The notes below the pieces were generated by a model. It made no database searches and was not told where the DNA came from. It saw only the letters and a program-made list of their open reading frames with translations. From an uncultured Candidatus Saccharibacteria bacterium (GTDB taxonomy: Bacteria > Patescibacteriota > Minisyncoccia > Phycocordibacterales > UBA12088), in the NCBI GenBank assembly GCA_964409035.1, contig CAYPBQ010000002.1:83267-147266 (forward strand): DNA of 64,000 nucleotides. Reading direction: 5' to 3'. This document shows, piece by piece, positions 37,467-47,262 of the stretch; position 1 is the first letter of the stretch; each line of letters opens with the position of its first letter. The position numbers were made by a program, and so were the translations under genes.

Positions 37467-37643
37467 CGCTTTTCTCCGTAGCTACCGGCTTTGTTGGTGG
37501 ATCTTGCGATCCGCCGGTGCTAAGTAGAAATCTACACGATTATACATAAAAGTCAATAGCTTTCCCTATTTTCTAAAAAGTCTCAAGAGAATTGCACTAC
37601 GTCGAGCCACATTCTGGAATATCAACAAAGAAATGGTTTTAGT

Positions 37644-38438
37644 TTATAGCTCTGCTCCAACTGCAAGGTTGAAACGCTCCTTAGCACTCTCGCCTTGCAC
37701 GACAATTTCAACAAACCTATGTTCATCTATACCAGAGCTACCAACAATAAGGGCGCTTTCACCCTTTGGTACTGCTGCTAGGTGCTCGTAGCAGGTAAAT
37801 GTCCCAAGTTTTGTTTGTACCTGTGAGCCTTCAGCAAAAGAAATTTCTTGAGGTAGGATGGTGGTCTTTGCATTACCAAAGTTATCTATCCACCACAACG
37901 CATGTGGTGCTGATGCAACTTCTTGTAGTGAAATAGTTTCTGCGGGTACTGTATTACCCCCCAAAAGGTAAGCAAGCACTCGTGGGGTAAAGTCAAAACT
38001 TCTAAATTGTGACCCAATAATTCTATTGCGCTCTTCTTCTGTCATAGCGCCACCTGCCACCATTGCCTCAGTAACTGTAGGAATATCCATAAGAGACACT
38101 GATTCTGTAAGGGCAAGCTTTTTAATGAGCGAGAGCGTGAATCCATCGAATGATGACACCACAAGAGTGTCTCGCACTAAAAAGTAGCAAAACGGTGTGC
38201 CGTTTTGCCACTTTTTACTACCTTTATGGCGAGGGGCCACATTTACCAAAATCGCGGTTTTATTAGAAGTATCACGATACGCATCAAGCACATCAATAAG
38301 ATTGCCCGCTGCTGAAAGATCGCCATAATCACCCACACCCACCAAAGAAACAGATGCTCCAGTAAGCGCAGCAACACGGGCAAGCTGTCTTCCTCCCGCA
38401 TTATCATCGTGACAATCATTAATGATGGTGATGTGCAT
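37644..38438 (-). CDS. SAM hydroxide adenosyltransferase / SAM-dependent halogenase family (DUF62-like)
   Basis: ITIINDC, LVNVAPR, QFRSFD, WIDNFGNAKT, GSSG...VEIVVQGESA. Confidence 0.75.
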   Translation of the reverse strand: MHITIINDCHDDNAGGRQLARVAALTGASVSLVGVGDYGDLSAAGNLIDVLDAYRDTSNKTAILVNVAPRHKGSKKWQNGTPFCYFLVRDTLVVSSFDGFTLSLIKKLALTESVSLMDIPTVTEAMVAGGAMTEEERNRIIGSQFRSFDFTPRVLAYLLGGNTVPAETISLQEVASAPHALWWIDNFGNAKTTILPQEISFAEGSQVQTKLGTFTCYEHLAAVPKGESALIVGSSGIDEHRFVEIVVQGESAKERFNLAVGAEL

Positions 38439-38506
38439 GGTATGACAATAAATATATAAAGGTTATTTGAGCATACCCCAGAGCACTAGGCGCGTCTACT
38501 CTGCGC

Positions 38507-39649
38507 TTATAGTGACAGTATCTCTTGTGTGGTGGAGGCAACAGACTCATCCTTATCCTCTGTTGCAGGTAATTGTGTCTCTTCTACCACCTCAAATACA
38601 AGTGGTGTCTCATTTTTTAAAATAGATACCAATGCTGCATTCTTTGATGCTGAGACAGCGACACTAAACTTCTGCGCGTTCTCAACCTCATCACACTCAT
38701 CACCCCCAGCACTTACGTTAAGTTGTATGGAAATTTCTTCATTGTTATTGGTTGTAGAAAGGGTAGATTCAGCAGTGACAAGCTCGCACACACCGCCTTG
38801 AAGTGATCCGGCAAAGTGGTGCACCCCATCTTCGTATCGGTGGGTAACCACAATAGGTGTAGTGTGTGCTATTACTGCCGTCACCGATTGTGGTATACCT
38901 GCAATACGTGATTGCACAGTATCAATAATAGGGGTTAGCGCAGTGGTAGGCACTGCATACATAGCAATCTCTGTACCCACATGAGCAGAAACCTTAGCAG
39001 ACACCTCAGATGATCCCTCTATTGAGAGGGGTTGCGTATCTACCGCTTTATTAAGCGCAAGAACTGCACCCTCTTCAATAATCGTACTCTCAATTGCCAT
39101 AAGCTCTTCAGAGCCTTTCAAGAGCGCCTGCGCAAAAAGGGTGCTAATGGTGTCAGCTGTTTCAGGGCTTTCAACTCGTAGCTTTGCTATTTTTTCAGAT
39201 GCGCGTGACGCAAACGTATCAATATCAACTGCAAGTGATGCAAATACTGCCTCTGGAATATTTTTTGAATTGCGTGCAAGGGTAATTGCTTCATCAAGAC
39301 GACGCTCCGCGCGACGAATTTCCCACTTTGCTGAAGCCTCGTCACTAAACGCAAACAATAGACGAGCCTCCTCATTTATTTTTACTTTTACGGTATACAA
39401 AGAATCTCCAGGGAGCGAGCCCTCTGCAGCATACGAAACTCCTGATAGCGCAATTATCGCTACTAAAGATGCCCCCATAACAGGACGAGCGTGGTTTATA
39501 AACCAAGAAAATAGTGGATATGCTGCACTAGGCTCAGAACGTACTACCCCTGTACGCAGCGGTGTCATGGCAACATACTCACGCAACACATTTTTCATGT
39601 GTTCACGCTCCTCATGAGAGAGGTAAAATTGTTGATTGTTATCCTTCAT
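38507..39649 (-). CDS. Putative anti-sigma / DUF5667-like membrane protein
   Basis: TM followed by AAEGSLPGDSLYTVK...E...RRLDEA; overlaps the end of the ECF sigma gene. Confidence 0.7.
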   Translation of the reverse strand: MKDNNQQFYLSHEEREHMKNVLREYVAMTPLRTGVVRSEPSAAYPLFSWFINHARPVMGASLVAIIALSGVSYAAEGSLPGDSLYTVKVKINEEARLLFAFSDEASAKWEIRRAERRLDEAITLARNSKNIPEAVFASLAVDIDTFASRASEKIAKLRVESPETADTISTLFAQALLKGSEELMAIESTIIEEGAVLALNKAVDTQPLSIEGSSEVSAKVSAHVGTEIAMYAVPTTALTPIIDTVQSRIAGIPQSVTAVIAHTTPIVVTHRYEDGVHHFAGSLQGGVCELVTAESTLSTTNNNEEISIQLNVSAGGDECDEVENAQKFSVAVSASKNAALVSILKNETPLVFEVVEETQLPATEDKDESVASTTQEILSL

Positions 39650-40187
39650 ATACAAATTGTTTTTCAGTTGCAACTCGTTTGAGTGCCTTGAGCGCTCGAT
39701 GTAATCGTACTGATATTACATTTTCACTCTCACCGGTGATGGTTGCTATTTCTTTTGGAGATAGCTCGTCAATAAAGCGCATGGTTACCACCTGCGCGTA
39801 CTGGTCTGGAACATGAGCGAGCAAATCGTACACCTTCTCTGCATCAATACTCTTTACGGTATCTTTATGAGAGAGATCAACTAGCTCAGGAAAATCTCCC
39901 TCCTTCACATGATCACTCTCGAGTATTTCATCAAGAGATGAGGTTTTTTTCTTCCTATACTCATCGATAATAAGGTTGTTGAGGACTCGATACAAAAATG
40001 AACGATATTCGTCGATAATCCCCCCTTCACTTATGAACTTCCATGTTTTCATGAAGGTATCTTGGACTACGTCCTTTGCCTTTTCTCTATCTGAAAGACG
40101 AAATATGGCATGACGAAAAAGTACATCCGAATACTCATCAAATGACGAAATAAAAGCTTCTTCTGTTACTTTTTTGTTCTCTCCCAT
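39639..40187 (-). CDS. ECF (group 4) RNA polymerase sigma factor
   Basis: AKDVVQDTFMKTW, FLYRVLNNLIIDEYRK, LSPKEIA...VISVRLHRAL. Confidence 0.93.
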   Translation of the reverse strand: MGENKKVTEEAFISSFDEYSDVLFRHAIFRLSDREKAKDVVQDTFMKTWKFISEGGIIDEYRSFLYRVLNNLIIDEYRKKKTSSLDEILESDHVKEGDFPELVDLSHKDTVKSIDAEKVYDLLAHVPDQYAQVVTMRFIDELSPKEIATITGESENVISVRLHRALKALKRVATEKQFVYEG

Positions 40188-40236
40188 AGTGAAGACGATT
40201 GAGGTATGCCTACTCTTTCATGTATACCATTAGGCA

Positions 40237-41034
40237 CTACCGTATCCCTAAAAACACCTCTACACCCTTTATTATACGCGACTCAAGGAGGGAGCTAACA
40301 CCATAATGACCTCCCTTCTTATGCATAACCATGCGTATCCCCATGCGTGTTGCAAATTCCTTTACTGGCGCACTTAACACTACGGTATCATCATCGGCAT
40401 GAAAGATACACACCTTCTCTGCAGCTATGAGCTTTGTGCTGTGGACTGGATTGTATAAAGTGCCTTTCCTCAATTTTTGTACCACATTCTTTGTCCATCT
40501 ATATCCATTACCAAATGCCTGTAGCGCATACGCATGCATAGCCTCAAATGGTTCACCATTTGAGGGGTGCGCCCAATCTACAACTGGCGAGAGGGCTATC
40601 ACCTTTTCTACTAATGGATGATGTGATGCCATAAGTACGGCAGGCCCTCCGAAGGAAGCTCCCACAAGATGAATTGACTTAATTGGTATATGTACCATCT
40701 GTTTACTCCACAGATCTTCGAAACCTTTTTCTATACCCGAAATAACATCAAGCACATCATAGTGGTGTGACTTTGCTAGAAACACCCCACCGCTTTCCCA
40801 ACTGCCTCTATATCGAGGCTGAAACGCCCAATACCCCTTGCTAGAAAAGTACTCTAGTAATTCAGGGGCGCCGGGACTACTTGGTGCTCCTTTCATTATA
40901 ATTACCACCTTTCGTGGTGATTGCTTTGGTGGTGTAGCTTTTTTGCCTTGTGCAACTGCCTTCATATAGGCATATACATCTTTTGGAGGTAAATATTCTG
41001 AAACTATGTCGTGTGAGAAGCGGGTACGAAACAT
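40237..41034 (-). CDS. Alpha/beta hydrolase (S9-like)
   Basis: PRYRGSWESGG, GASFGG nucleophile elbow, HADDDTVV, GGH. Confidence 0.88.
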   Translation of the reverse strand: MFRTRFSHDIVSEYLPPKDVYAYMKAVAQGKKATPPKQSPRKVVIIMKGAPSSPGAPELLEYFSSKGYWAFQPRYRGSWESGGVFLAKSHHYDVLDVISGIEKGFEDLWSKQMVHIPIKSIHLVGASFGGPAVLMASHHPLVEKVIALSPVVDWAHPSNGEPFEAMHAYALQAFGNGYRWTKNVVQKLRKGTLYNPVHSTKLIAAEKVCIFHADDDTVVLSAPVKEFATRMGIRMVMHKKGGHYGVSSLLESRIIKGVEVFLGIR

Positions 41035-41190
41035 ATTACATTACTTGTTCCTCGCAAAAATAACCAACCATTCCTACAGATATCATAATAATGGCGATAA
41101 CCGCCCAAAATGCAAGGGGATATTCTAACCAGATACATATGTATCCGGATTCTACACACTATCCAGTCTATATAACTTACTCGTGCGTTG

Positions 41191-41567
41191 TTATGGAATG
41201 AGCACCCTACGAGGATTTATAAGATGTATATGAAAGTGGTCGGGGATAGATTTAAATTTTTTTGTTGCCTCCCAAGATATTGATAGGTATCCGCAAGGTG
41301 CGTGTGTTTAATCTCTACCAATTCTTCCTTCTCTTCTTGGGTTAAACCTCGTTCATCTACATGCCTAAGTGGTATAAGCATGTGATGTACTTCTGCAAAC
41401 TTTCCGTACGGAAAGGCGTTTATAACTATCCGCCAGTGGTTAAATATGTGCAGTGCAGGCTCATCGCTACAAAGCGGACACCCAGCATCCTCCGGTTGTG
41501 ATTTGCGGTGGGCTCGGTATGCTTCTTCTACCTCTGGTAGCCTAAGTGATACTGGTGTATACGACAT
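41191..41567 (-). pseudogene. HIT-family gene split by a -1 frameshift near 41272
   Basis: Frame 1 gives CPLC...NAFPY...HHMLIPLRH; the HxHxH motif (SIPDHFHIHLI) lies in the -1 frame after TATCTTGGGAG. Confidence 0.72.
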
Positions 41568-41622
41568 AACCTGAGTGTGCATCCTAAAAATAATTCCAAA
41601 CCTGCTTCTCTCTCTTATGTTG

Positions 41623-41693
41623 TCGGGGCGCCGAGAATCGAACTCGGGCTACACGGTCCCAAACCGTGCGTACTACCTCTATACGACGCCCCG
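41623..41693 (-). tRNA. tRNA-Pro (TGG), CCA not encoded
   Basis: CGGGGCGTCGTATAGAGGTAGTACGCACGGTTTGGGACCGTGTAGCCCGAGTTCGATTCTCGGCGCCCCGA. Confidence 0.95.
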
Positions 41694-41764
41694 CGAGGCA
41701 AAACCATATGACTCGTTACGATAACGTACCATAATATACGAATAAAATGAAGCGTATATCGCTC

Positions 41765-42190
41765 TTAAAATGAGACATTCTCAAAAAACTCACACTTTGC
41801 CAGCTTCTTATTCTCATCTATATAAACTGTAATAAGATCAACCTGCCACTCCCCCACCTCACGCTCTTCAAGATACATTTCAATGGTGCTGAGCAATTTT
41901 GCGAGCTTGTGTCGGGTCATATTTTCTTCAGGTCGTATGCCTGGCACAGACGGCACGTAGCCACCCTCTGACCCTGTAAATGTGCATATCGCACTCTTTA
42001 CTTCTATAAAGTGAGTTACTCCCCCATTTGTTGCAACTAAATCTATTTCTCCATGAGTGGTGCGGATATTTCTATCCACCACATGGTGACCTCTATCTAA
42101 AAGCCACTTAACTGCAATGTCCTCTCCCAGTTTACCTGTCTTTTGAGCGGTTGTTGTACCATAGTTCCACATATTCATATTATAAGCCAT
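41765..42190 (-). CDS. yraN: YraN (UPF0102) PD-(D/E)xK nuclease
   Basis: GKLGEDIA, GEIDLV, HFIEVK. Confidence 0.9.
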   Translation of the reverse strand: MAYNMNMWNYGTTTAQKTGKLGEDIAVKWLLDRGHHVVDRNIRTTHGEIDLVATNGGVTHFIEVKSAICTFTGSEGGYVPSVPGIRPEENMTRHKLAKLLSTIEMYLEEREVGEWQVDLITVYIDENKKLAKCEFFENVSF

Positions 42191-42403
42191 ATTTCAACCT
42201 TTTGCTATAAAAAGACTCTCTCGTATGAGACTAAAAAGGTCGTCCTTTATACACTAATCCCCAGAGTTATCCACAGTTTTGACCTATTCTGTGCATTTCT
42301 TTTATCCCTTTGGCAGTAGCAAAGGGATTAGAGAATGGAGTAATCTTTTAATACGACCAAAGAAACAAGGAGCGGTGCGACTAGATTTCTTGAAGTACTC
42401 CTG

Positions 42404-42618
42404 TGGTGCAGGTAGGGAGAAAGGGTCAGCTCACTAAGTACATTGAGTCGTAAACTCCTCAATGTACTAAGTGGCTCCTCCCCGGCCTCACCTGTCGTAC
42501 TCGCTATCGCTCCGTGCGACATGGCTCCGGCTTTCGATTCTCCACGAAATGCACGAAGGTGTATTACTCTACCCATTCAAAATATATCGTCAAAGCTTCG
42601 CTTTTTCCTCTTATTTTG
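42404..42618 (-). other. Structured element bounded by tRNA-Gly 3'-end repeats
   Basis: 42406-42421 matches 42618-42633 at 15/16; inverted T-arm copy at 42533-42543; internal hairpin CACTAAGTACATTGAG/CTCAATGTACTAAGTG. Confidence 0.65.
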
Positions 42619-42689
42619 TGCGGGTAGGGAGAATCGAACTCCCGTCTGCTCCATGGCAAGGAGCCGTCATACCACTAAACTATACCCGC
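42619..42689 (-). tRNA. tRNA-Gly (GCC), CCA not encoded
   Basis: GCGGGTATAGTTTAGTGGTATGACGGCTCCTTGCCATGGAGCAGACGGGAGTTCGATTCTCCCTACCCGCA. Confidence 0.96.
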
Positions 42690-42754
42690 AGTTGAGGTAG
42701 CAACGCTACTCAATTGCTCAAAACAATACCACTTATCCCCTCCCCTCTCAAGTT

Positions 42755-42964
42755 TTAATGAACATCCTGCTTTAACTCTTTGAGCGATAGGTCGTTAAAA
42801 TATAGGTACGCCAAAGCAAAAAGACCTGGAACGATATCCCCTAGTAATGAGTTACCAAAAAAGTAGTCTGCGCCGTGCCATATAGCCCTCCAGATGAGCG
42901 CCAAACACACTACTACTAGCACTGAGTTGATTACTCCATGACGCTTAATAAAATCTTGAAACAT
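42755..42964 (-). CDS. Small 2-TM hypothetical protein
   Basis: LIWRAIWHGADYF and two hydrophobic segments. Confidence 0.65.
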   Translation of the reverse strand: MFQDFIKRHGVINSVLVVVCLALIWRAIWHGADYFFGNSLLGDIVPGLFALAYLYFNDLSLKELKQDVH

Positions 42965-43007
42965 GTATCGTATAACTAGCGAATCAAATTAAAACCCCTA
43001 CTTTTTG

Positions 43008-43079
43008 TGCGCCCGCCAGGACTCGAACCCAGAATAACTGATCCGAAGTCAGTTGTGATATCCATTTCACCACGGGCGC
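43008..43079 (-). tRNA. tRNA-Arg (TCG), CCA not encoded
   Basis: GCGCCCGTGGTGAAATGGATATCACAACTGACTTCGGATCAGTTATTCTGGGTTCGAGTCCTGGCGGGCGCA. Confidence 0.95.
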
Positions 43080-43139
43080 ATATGCGGAATAATAGCCTAG
43101 TATAGAGAAAATACAAAGTCTGGAGTACACTATATACAC

Positions 43140-44609
43140 ATGGAGATTACCCGACCCTACATACCTGATGAGGTGGCGCGTGTCACTGCTGTAATAGAAA
43201 ATGCTGGATTTGAAGCATATCTTGTTGGTGGATGTGTGCGGGATCTTCTACTTGGAAGAGCACCAAAAGACTGGGATATTACCACCAACGCAGTACCTGC
43301 AGAAATTCAATCTCTCTTCGAAGAAACTTATTACCACAACGAATTTGGTACAGTGGGAGTTGTAACAACAAGTGAACTTCCCTCTTTAAAGGTCATAGAG
43401 ATTACGCCATATAGGACAGAAGGCTCTTATTCTGACGCGAGACGCCCAGATAGTGTGTCCTTTAGCAAAAACCTTTCAGATGACCTGGAACGACGTGATT
43501 TTAGTATAAATGCGATGGCATATAATGTTTCATCCGAAACACTTGTTGATATTTTTAACGGAAAAGAAGACCTAAAAAGGTGTTTAATTAGAGCAGTTGG
43601 TGATGCAAATAAAAGATTTTCTGAAGATGCGCTGCGTATTCTACGCGCTGTACGCCTTTCTGCTGAATTAGGATTTACCATTGAAGCAGATACCCTATCT
43701 GCAATAGTTACATGTGTAACGCAGTTGGAGAAGATTTCAAAAGAACGTATCAGAGATGAATTTTCAAGAATAATGCTTTCAGATAGACCAGCTGAGGCAC
43801 TGTTTCTTATGAAACAGGTCAAAATGCTGCAATATGTTATTCCAGACATTATGAGGTCTATTAATGTTGAGCAGAATAAATCCCACAAGTACAACGTATT
43901 TGAGCACTTAGTGCGCAGCGCCCAACACGCAGCAGATAAAAACCTACCGCTAGACATGCGATTGGCAGCTCTATTCCACGATATTTCAAAACCTGAAAGC
44001 AGGAGGTTTTCACAGGAAACACATGACTATACGTTCTACGGACATGAAGTAATTGGCGCTAGAGTAACAAAAAGAGCTTTACAGAGCCTTAAATATCCAA
44101 ATGACCTCGTCGAGAGGGTTTCTTTGTTGGTTAGGTGGCATATGTTCTTCTCTGATCCTGATGAAATTACACTTTCAGCGGTCCGAAGAATGATTAGTAA
44201 TGTTGGGAAGGAGAACATTTGGGACCTGCTAGAACTAAGAATATGCGACAGAATTGGTAGTGGTAGACCTAAGGAGCAGCCATTTAGATTTAGAAGGTAC
44301 AAGGCAATGGTTGAAGAAGCTCTGCGTGACCCAATCAGTGTAGCAATGTTGAAAATTGACGGCGCTAAGCTGATGGAAACATTTCATGAGAAACCAGGAC
44401 CAAGGATTGGCTGGACATTACACGCCCTTCTTGAAGAAGTTATAGAAGATCCAAAGAAAAACACTGAGATGCTGCTCCTTAAAAGAGCTAAAGAGCTGCT
44501 TGATTTACCAAATGAAGAGCTTGAAACGTTAGGCAAAAAAGGCAGGGAAAAGCGTGACGAAGTTGATGAAGCAGAGATTGCTGAAATACAAAAAAAGTAC
44601 GGTGTGTAG
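43140..44609 (+). CDS. cca: CCA tRNA nucleotidyltransferase with HD domain
   Basis: VGGCVRDLLL..PKDWD, RRDFSINA, EDALRILRA, ERIRDE, LFHDISK; divergent from CCA-less tRNAs. Confidence 0.93.
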   Translation: MEITRPYIPDEVARVTAVIENAGFEAYLVGGCVRDLLLGRAPKDWDITTNAVPAEIQSLFEETYYHNEFGTVGVVTTSELPSLKVIEITPYRTEGSYSDARRPDSVSFSKNLSDDLERRDFSINAMAYNVSSETLVDIFNGKEDLKRCLIRAVGDANKRFSEDALRILRAVRLSAELGFTIEADTLSAIVTCVTQLEKISKERIRDEFSRIMLSDRPAEALFLMKQVKMLQYVIPDIMRSINVEQNKSHKYNVFEHLVRSAQHAADKNLPLDMRLAALFHDISKPESRRFSQETHDYTFYGHEVIGARVTKRALQSLKYPNDLVERVSLLVRWHMFFSDPDEITLSAVRRMISNVGKENIWDLLELRICDRIGSGRPKEQPFRFRRYKAMVEEALRDPISVAMLKIDGAKLMETFHEKPGPRIGWTLHALLEEVIEDPKKNTEMLLLKRAKELLDLPNEELETLGKKGREKRDEVDEAEIAEIQKKYGV

Positions 44610-44996
44610 CTAAACGGCTCAACAAAGCCAATTTACAAAAATTGGTAGTTTCATGGGAAACGAAAAATGCCCCGTTGGCATTGTGGAGAAAGCCGACGAG
44701 GCACTCGCTATCCGCAGAATGCGGAAAGAACAAACTAGACTCTATACTTAAGAACAATTATCTACTTTCTGGGGTGATGTCACTTTATACAAAATTATTG
44801 TCTATTAGTGAGGACAAACACATTCCAGGGCTACGCCAAGATTATTATTCTCAAGAAACTCAAGAACAGAAAGAACTAAGCTACGATCTCAAGGAGAAGC
44901 GAGACCGTATTGGCACACACCATGTTTATTGATCTGATAATAGTATCTGTCCTTTATGCAAACATGTAAAGGACATGGGTGTGGATAACTTGTCCT

Positions 44997-45773
44997 TTAT
45001 AGTTCCTTGTTTAGCGTAAGGGTTATGGGGCAATGATCTGAGCCTAGTATGTCGCTTTGTATAGTCGTATTTTTAAGATAGGGAAGTAGCTCAGTTGAAA
45101 TAAAAAAGTAGTCAATTCTCCATCCCACATTTCTGTTTCTTGCAAATGATTTCATATCCCAGTATGTATATGCATCTTTTTTTGTTGGGTGTAGTTGCCT
45201 GAATGTATCTATAAATCCTGCGTTTAGTAGCTCGTCTACCCACGCCCTCTCCTCAGGAAGAAATCCAACGTGGGTTTCATTTTCTTTTGGTCTTGCTATG
45301 TCGATTTCTTCGTGGGCAACATTTACATCGCCCATAACAATAACGTGCATACCCTTCTTTTTAAGTGAAGTAATATAAGAAAGAAATGCGTCGTAAAATG
45401 CCAGTTTATATGAAAGACGCTCAGGAGCACCTCCACCGTTAGGGAAGTAGACATTACAGATAGCAGTATTACCATAAAATGCAATAATTGTGCGCCCTTC
45501 TTGGTCATTAGTACCAAAGTCATAGAGCACAGAATCTGGCTCTTTTTTTGAGTAAAGAGCAACACCACTATAGCCCTTTCTGGTTTTTGACGAAGCAAAA
45601 TATGCATTATACCCCTTGAGTGTTCTTACCTCCTCAGGTATTTGTGCTTCTTCTGCCTTAGTTTCTTGAATACCTATTACATCTGCGCCGTTACAGTCTG
45701 CAAGAAACGTATCCCAATAACCCTGCTTGTGAGTTGCGCGTATGCCGTTAGTGTTCCACGAAACTAGTTTCAT
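44997..45773 (-). CDS. xth: Exodeoxyribonuclease III (AP endonuclease)
   Basis: SWNTNGIRA, QETK, GYSGVA, YFPNG, GDVNVAH, GWRIDY, SDHCP. Confidence 0.97.
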   Translation of the reverse strand: MKLVSWNTNGIRATHKQGYWDTFLADCNGADVIGIQETKAEEAQIPEEVRTLKGYNAYFASSKTRKGYSGVALYSKKEPDSVLYDFGTNDQEGRTIIAFYGNTAICNVYFPNGGGAPERLSYKLAFYDAFLSYITSLKKKGMHVIVMGDVNVAHEEIDIARPKENETHVGFLPEERAWVDELLNAGFIDTFRQLHPTKKDAYTYWDMKSFARNRNVGWRIDYFFISTELLPYLKNTTIQSDILGSDHCPITLTLNKEL

Positions 45774-45863
45774 ACGGCTATCGTAGCACGCAAATTAAGT
45801 GGATTGTATCCATGGCCCAACAGTGAAGTTATATAACAATGAAGCGTACAAAAAGGAAGTGTC

Positions 45864-46250
45864 ATGGGCACGAACAACATCACAAAACCAGTAACACCGC
45901 TAAAAGTTACAAGATCAAAGTCATTTTATGAGGGGCTCTGGTGGTTATATGTTGGCGGTGTTGAACACGCAGTCAGCATAATAGCTAAAATGAATTATCA
46001 AGAAAAAATACTGTTCCTTGGATGGATGCGTGGACAGGTTATCTTGGGATGGCAAGTATTTATTGAGCACCTGCAGTACCATGCGGCATTGCCTTTCAAT
46101 AATGCACCAAAAAGGAAACCTTACTCACTCATTGGTGATGCCTCTGGAAGAACACTATTTGAATTTATGGTTGCTCTAGATAGAAAACTTACCCACGCTA
46201 ACCTAAGTGTCGCTAAAGTACTTGAGCAAAGGCACGGAGGGAAATATTAG
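45864..46250 (+). CDS. Orphan hypothetical protein
   Basis: 128-aa ORF with AAGGA SD and downstream hairpin GTACGCCCAGC/GCTGGGCGTAC. Confidence 0.55.
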   Translation: MGTNNITKPVTPLKVTRSKSFYEGLWWLYVGGVEHAVSIIAKMNYQEKILFLGWMRGQVILGWQVFIEHLQYHAALPFNNAPKRKPYSLIGDASGRTLFEFMVALDRKLTHANLSVAKVLEQRHGGKY

Positions 46251-46281
46251 AGTGTACGCCCAGCGTTTGCTGGGCGTACCA

Positions 46282-47205
46282 TCATCTTTTTGTATGAAAA
46301 CGCTTGTGTACTTCACGTAAATGCTTATCAGTTACGTGTGTATACACTTGAGTAGTTGCGATATTGGCATGACCTAAAAGCGCTTGCACCGAGCGAAGAT
46401 CAGCACCATTTGACAACAAGTCGGTTGCAAATGAGTGCCTGATTACGTGCGGGGTAACTTTTTTGGTGATACCTGCTTTTATAGCGTATTGCTTAACAAT
46501 TCGCTCAACAGAGCGCGGGGTGAGGCGTGTGGTGGTGGCATTTTTTGCTCGATTTGATGTTTGTACAAACAGCGCATCATCCATGTCTTTTCTTTTTGCA
46601 AGATATGCTCGTATACCCTCACGAGCAGCATCAGATAAAAACACAACGCGAACCTTTTCTCCTTTACCCCTAACAGAAAACTCCTCTTTAGTGAGGTCTA
46701 AATCACGCGACAGCGAGCAAAGCTCTGATACTCGTAATCCAGTTGAAAATAGGAGTTCAAGCATGGCTCTATCACGAAGAGACTTAACATCGTCACCATT
46801 TGCTGCTGCTATTAGTCGAGTAAGCTCTTCAAATGATATGAGATCGAGCGATCGCTCTCCGACTTTTGCTAACTCAATACGCTCAGGAGATAGGGATTCG
46901 ACACCACGCTTTCGCAGATACTTTAAAAATGCCCGGAGGGCAATAAGGTAGTAATTTTGAGTTTTTTTCTTTAGTGTTTCCTTTCTTCCACCGATTGAGG
47001 TGCCAGATTCCTGGCGGTTAAGCCATAATCGATATTCTCTAAGTAGAGAGTCATCAATAGTTGATGGATTTTCTACCTTAGCAAAAGAGAGAAAGCGAGC
47101 GAGGTAACGCTCATAATTCTCTATAGTATTGAGCGAGCGTCCCTTTTCTATTTCAAGGTGTTCTAAAAACTCACGCTTTAGTGATTCTATTTGCGTGTAT
47201 GACAT
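46282..47205 (-). CDS. Xer-type tyrosine recombinase
   Basis: RDRAMLELLFSTGLRVSEL, GKGEK, HVIRHSFAT, LLGHANIATTQVY (R-K-H-R-H-Y intact). Confidence 0.94.
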   Translation of the reverse strand: MSYTQIESLKREFLEHLEIEKGRSLNTIENYERYLARFLSFAKVENPSTIDDSLLREYRLWLNRQESGTSIGGRKETLKKKTQNYYLIALRAFLKYLRKRGVESLSPERIELAKVGERSLDLISFEELTRLIAAANGDDVKSLRDRAMLELLFSTGLRVSELCSLSRDLDLTKEEFSVRGKGEKVRVVFLSDAAREGIRAYLAKRKDMDDALFVQTSNRAKNATTTRLTPRSVERIVKQYAIKAGITKKVTPHVIRHSFATDLLSNGADLRSVQALLGHANIATTQVYTHVTDKHLREVHKRFHTKR

Positions 47206-47262
47206 ATCATAAGTATGACACCGGTGTCGCAAAATAAAAAGTGCGCCGCCTGTAAGGCGGCG

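Noticed and set aside
44648-44661. parS-like GTTTCATGGGAAAC
   Set aside because: Two mismatches in the central palindrome and a single copy; insufficient to call.
42267-44988. Perfect DnaA boxes at 42267-42275 and 44980-44988 as a possible oriC
   Set aside because: Two isolated boxes 2.7 kb apart, no box cluster or unwinding element recognised, no dnaA/dnaN in the window.
46282-47205. Tyrosine recombinase as a prophage or island integrase
   Set aside because: Xer-like size, housekeeping context beside rpsO, leaderless promoter like core genes, no phage genes or att pair; no dif site recognised.
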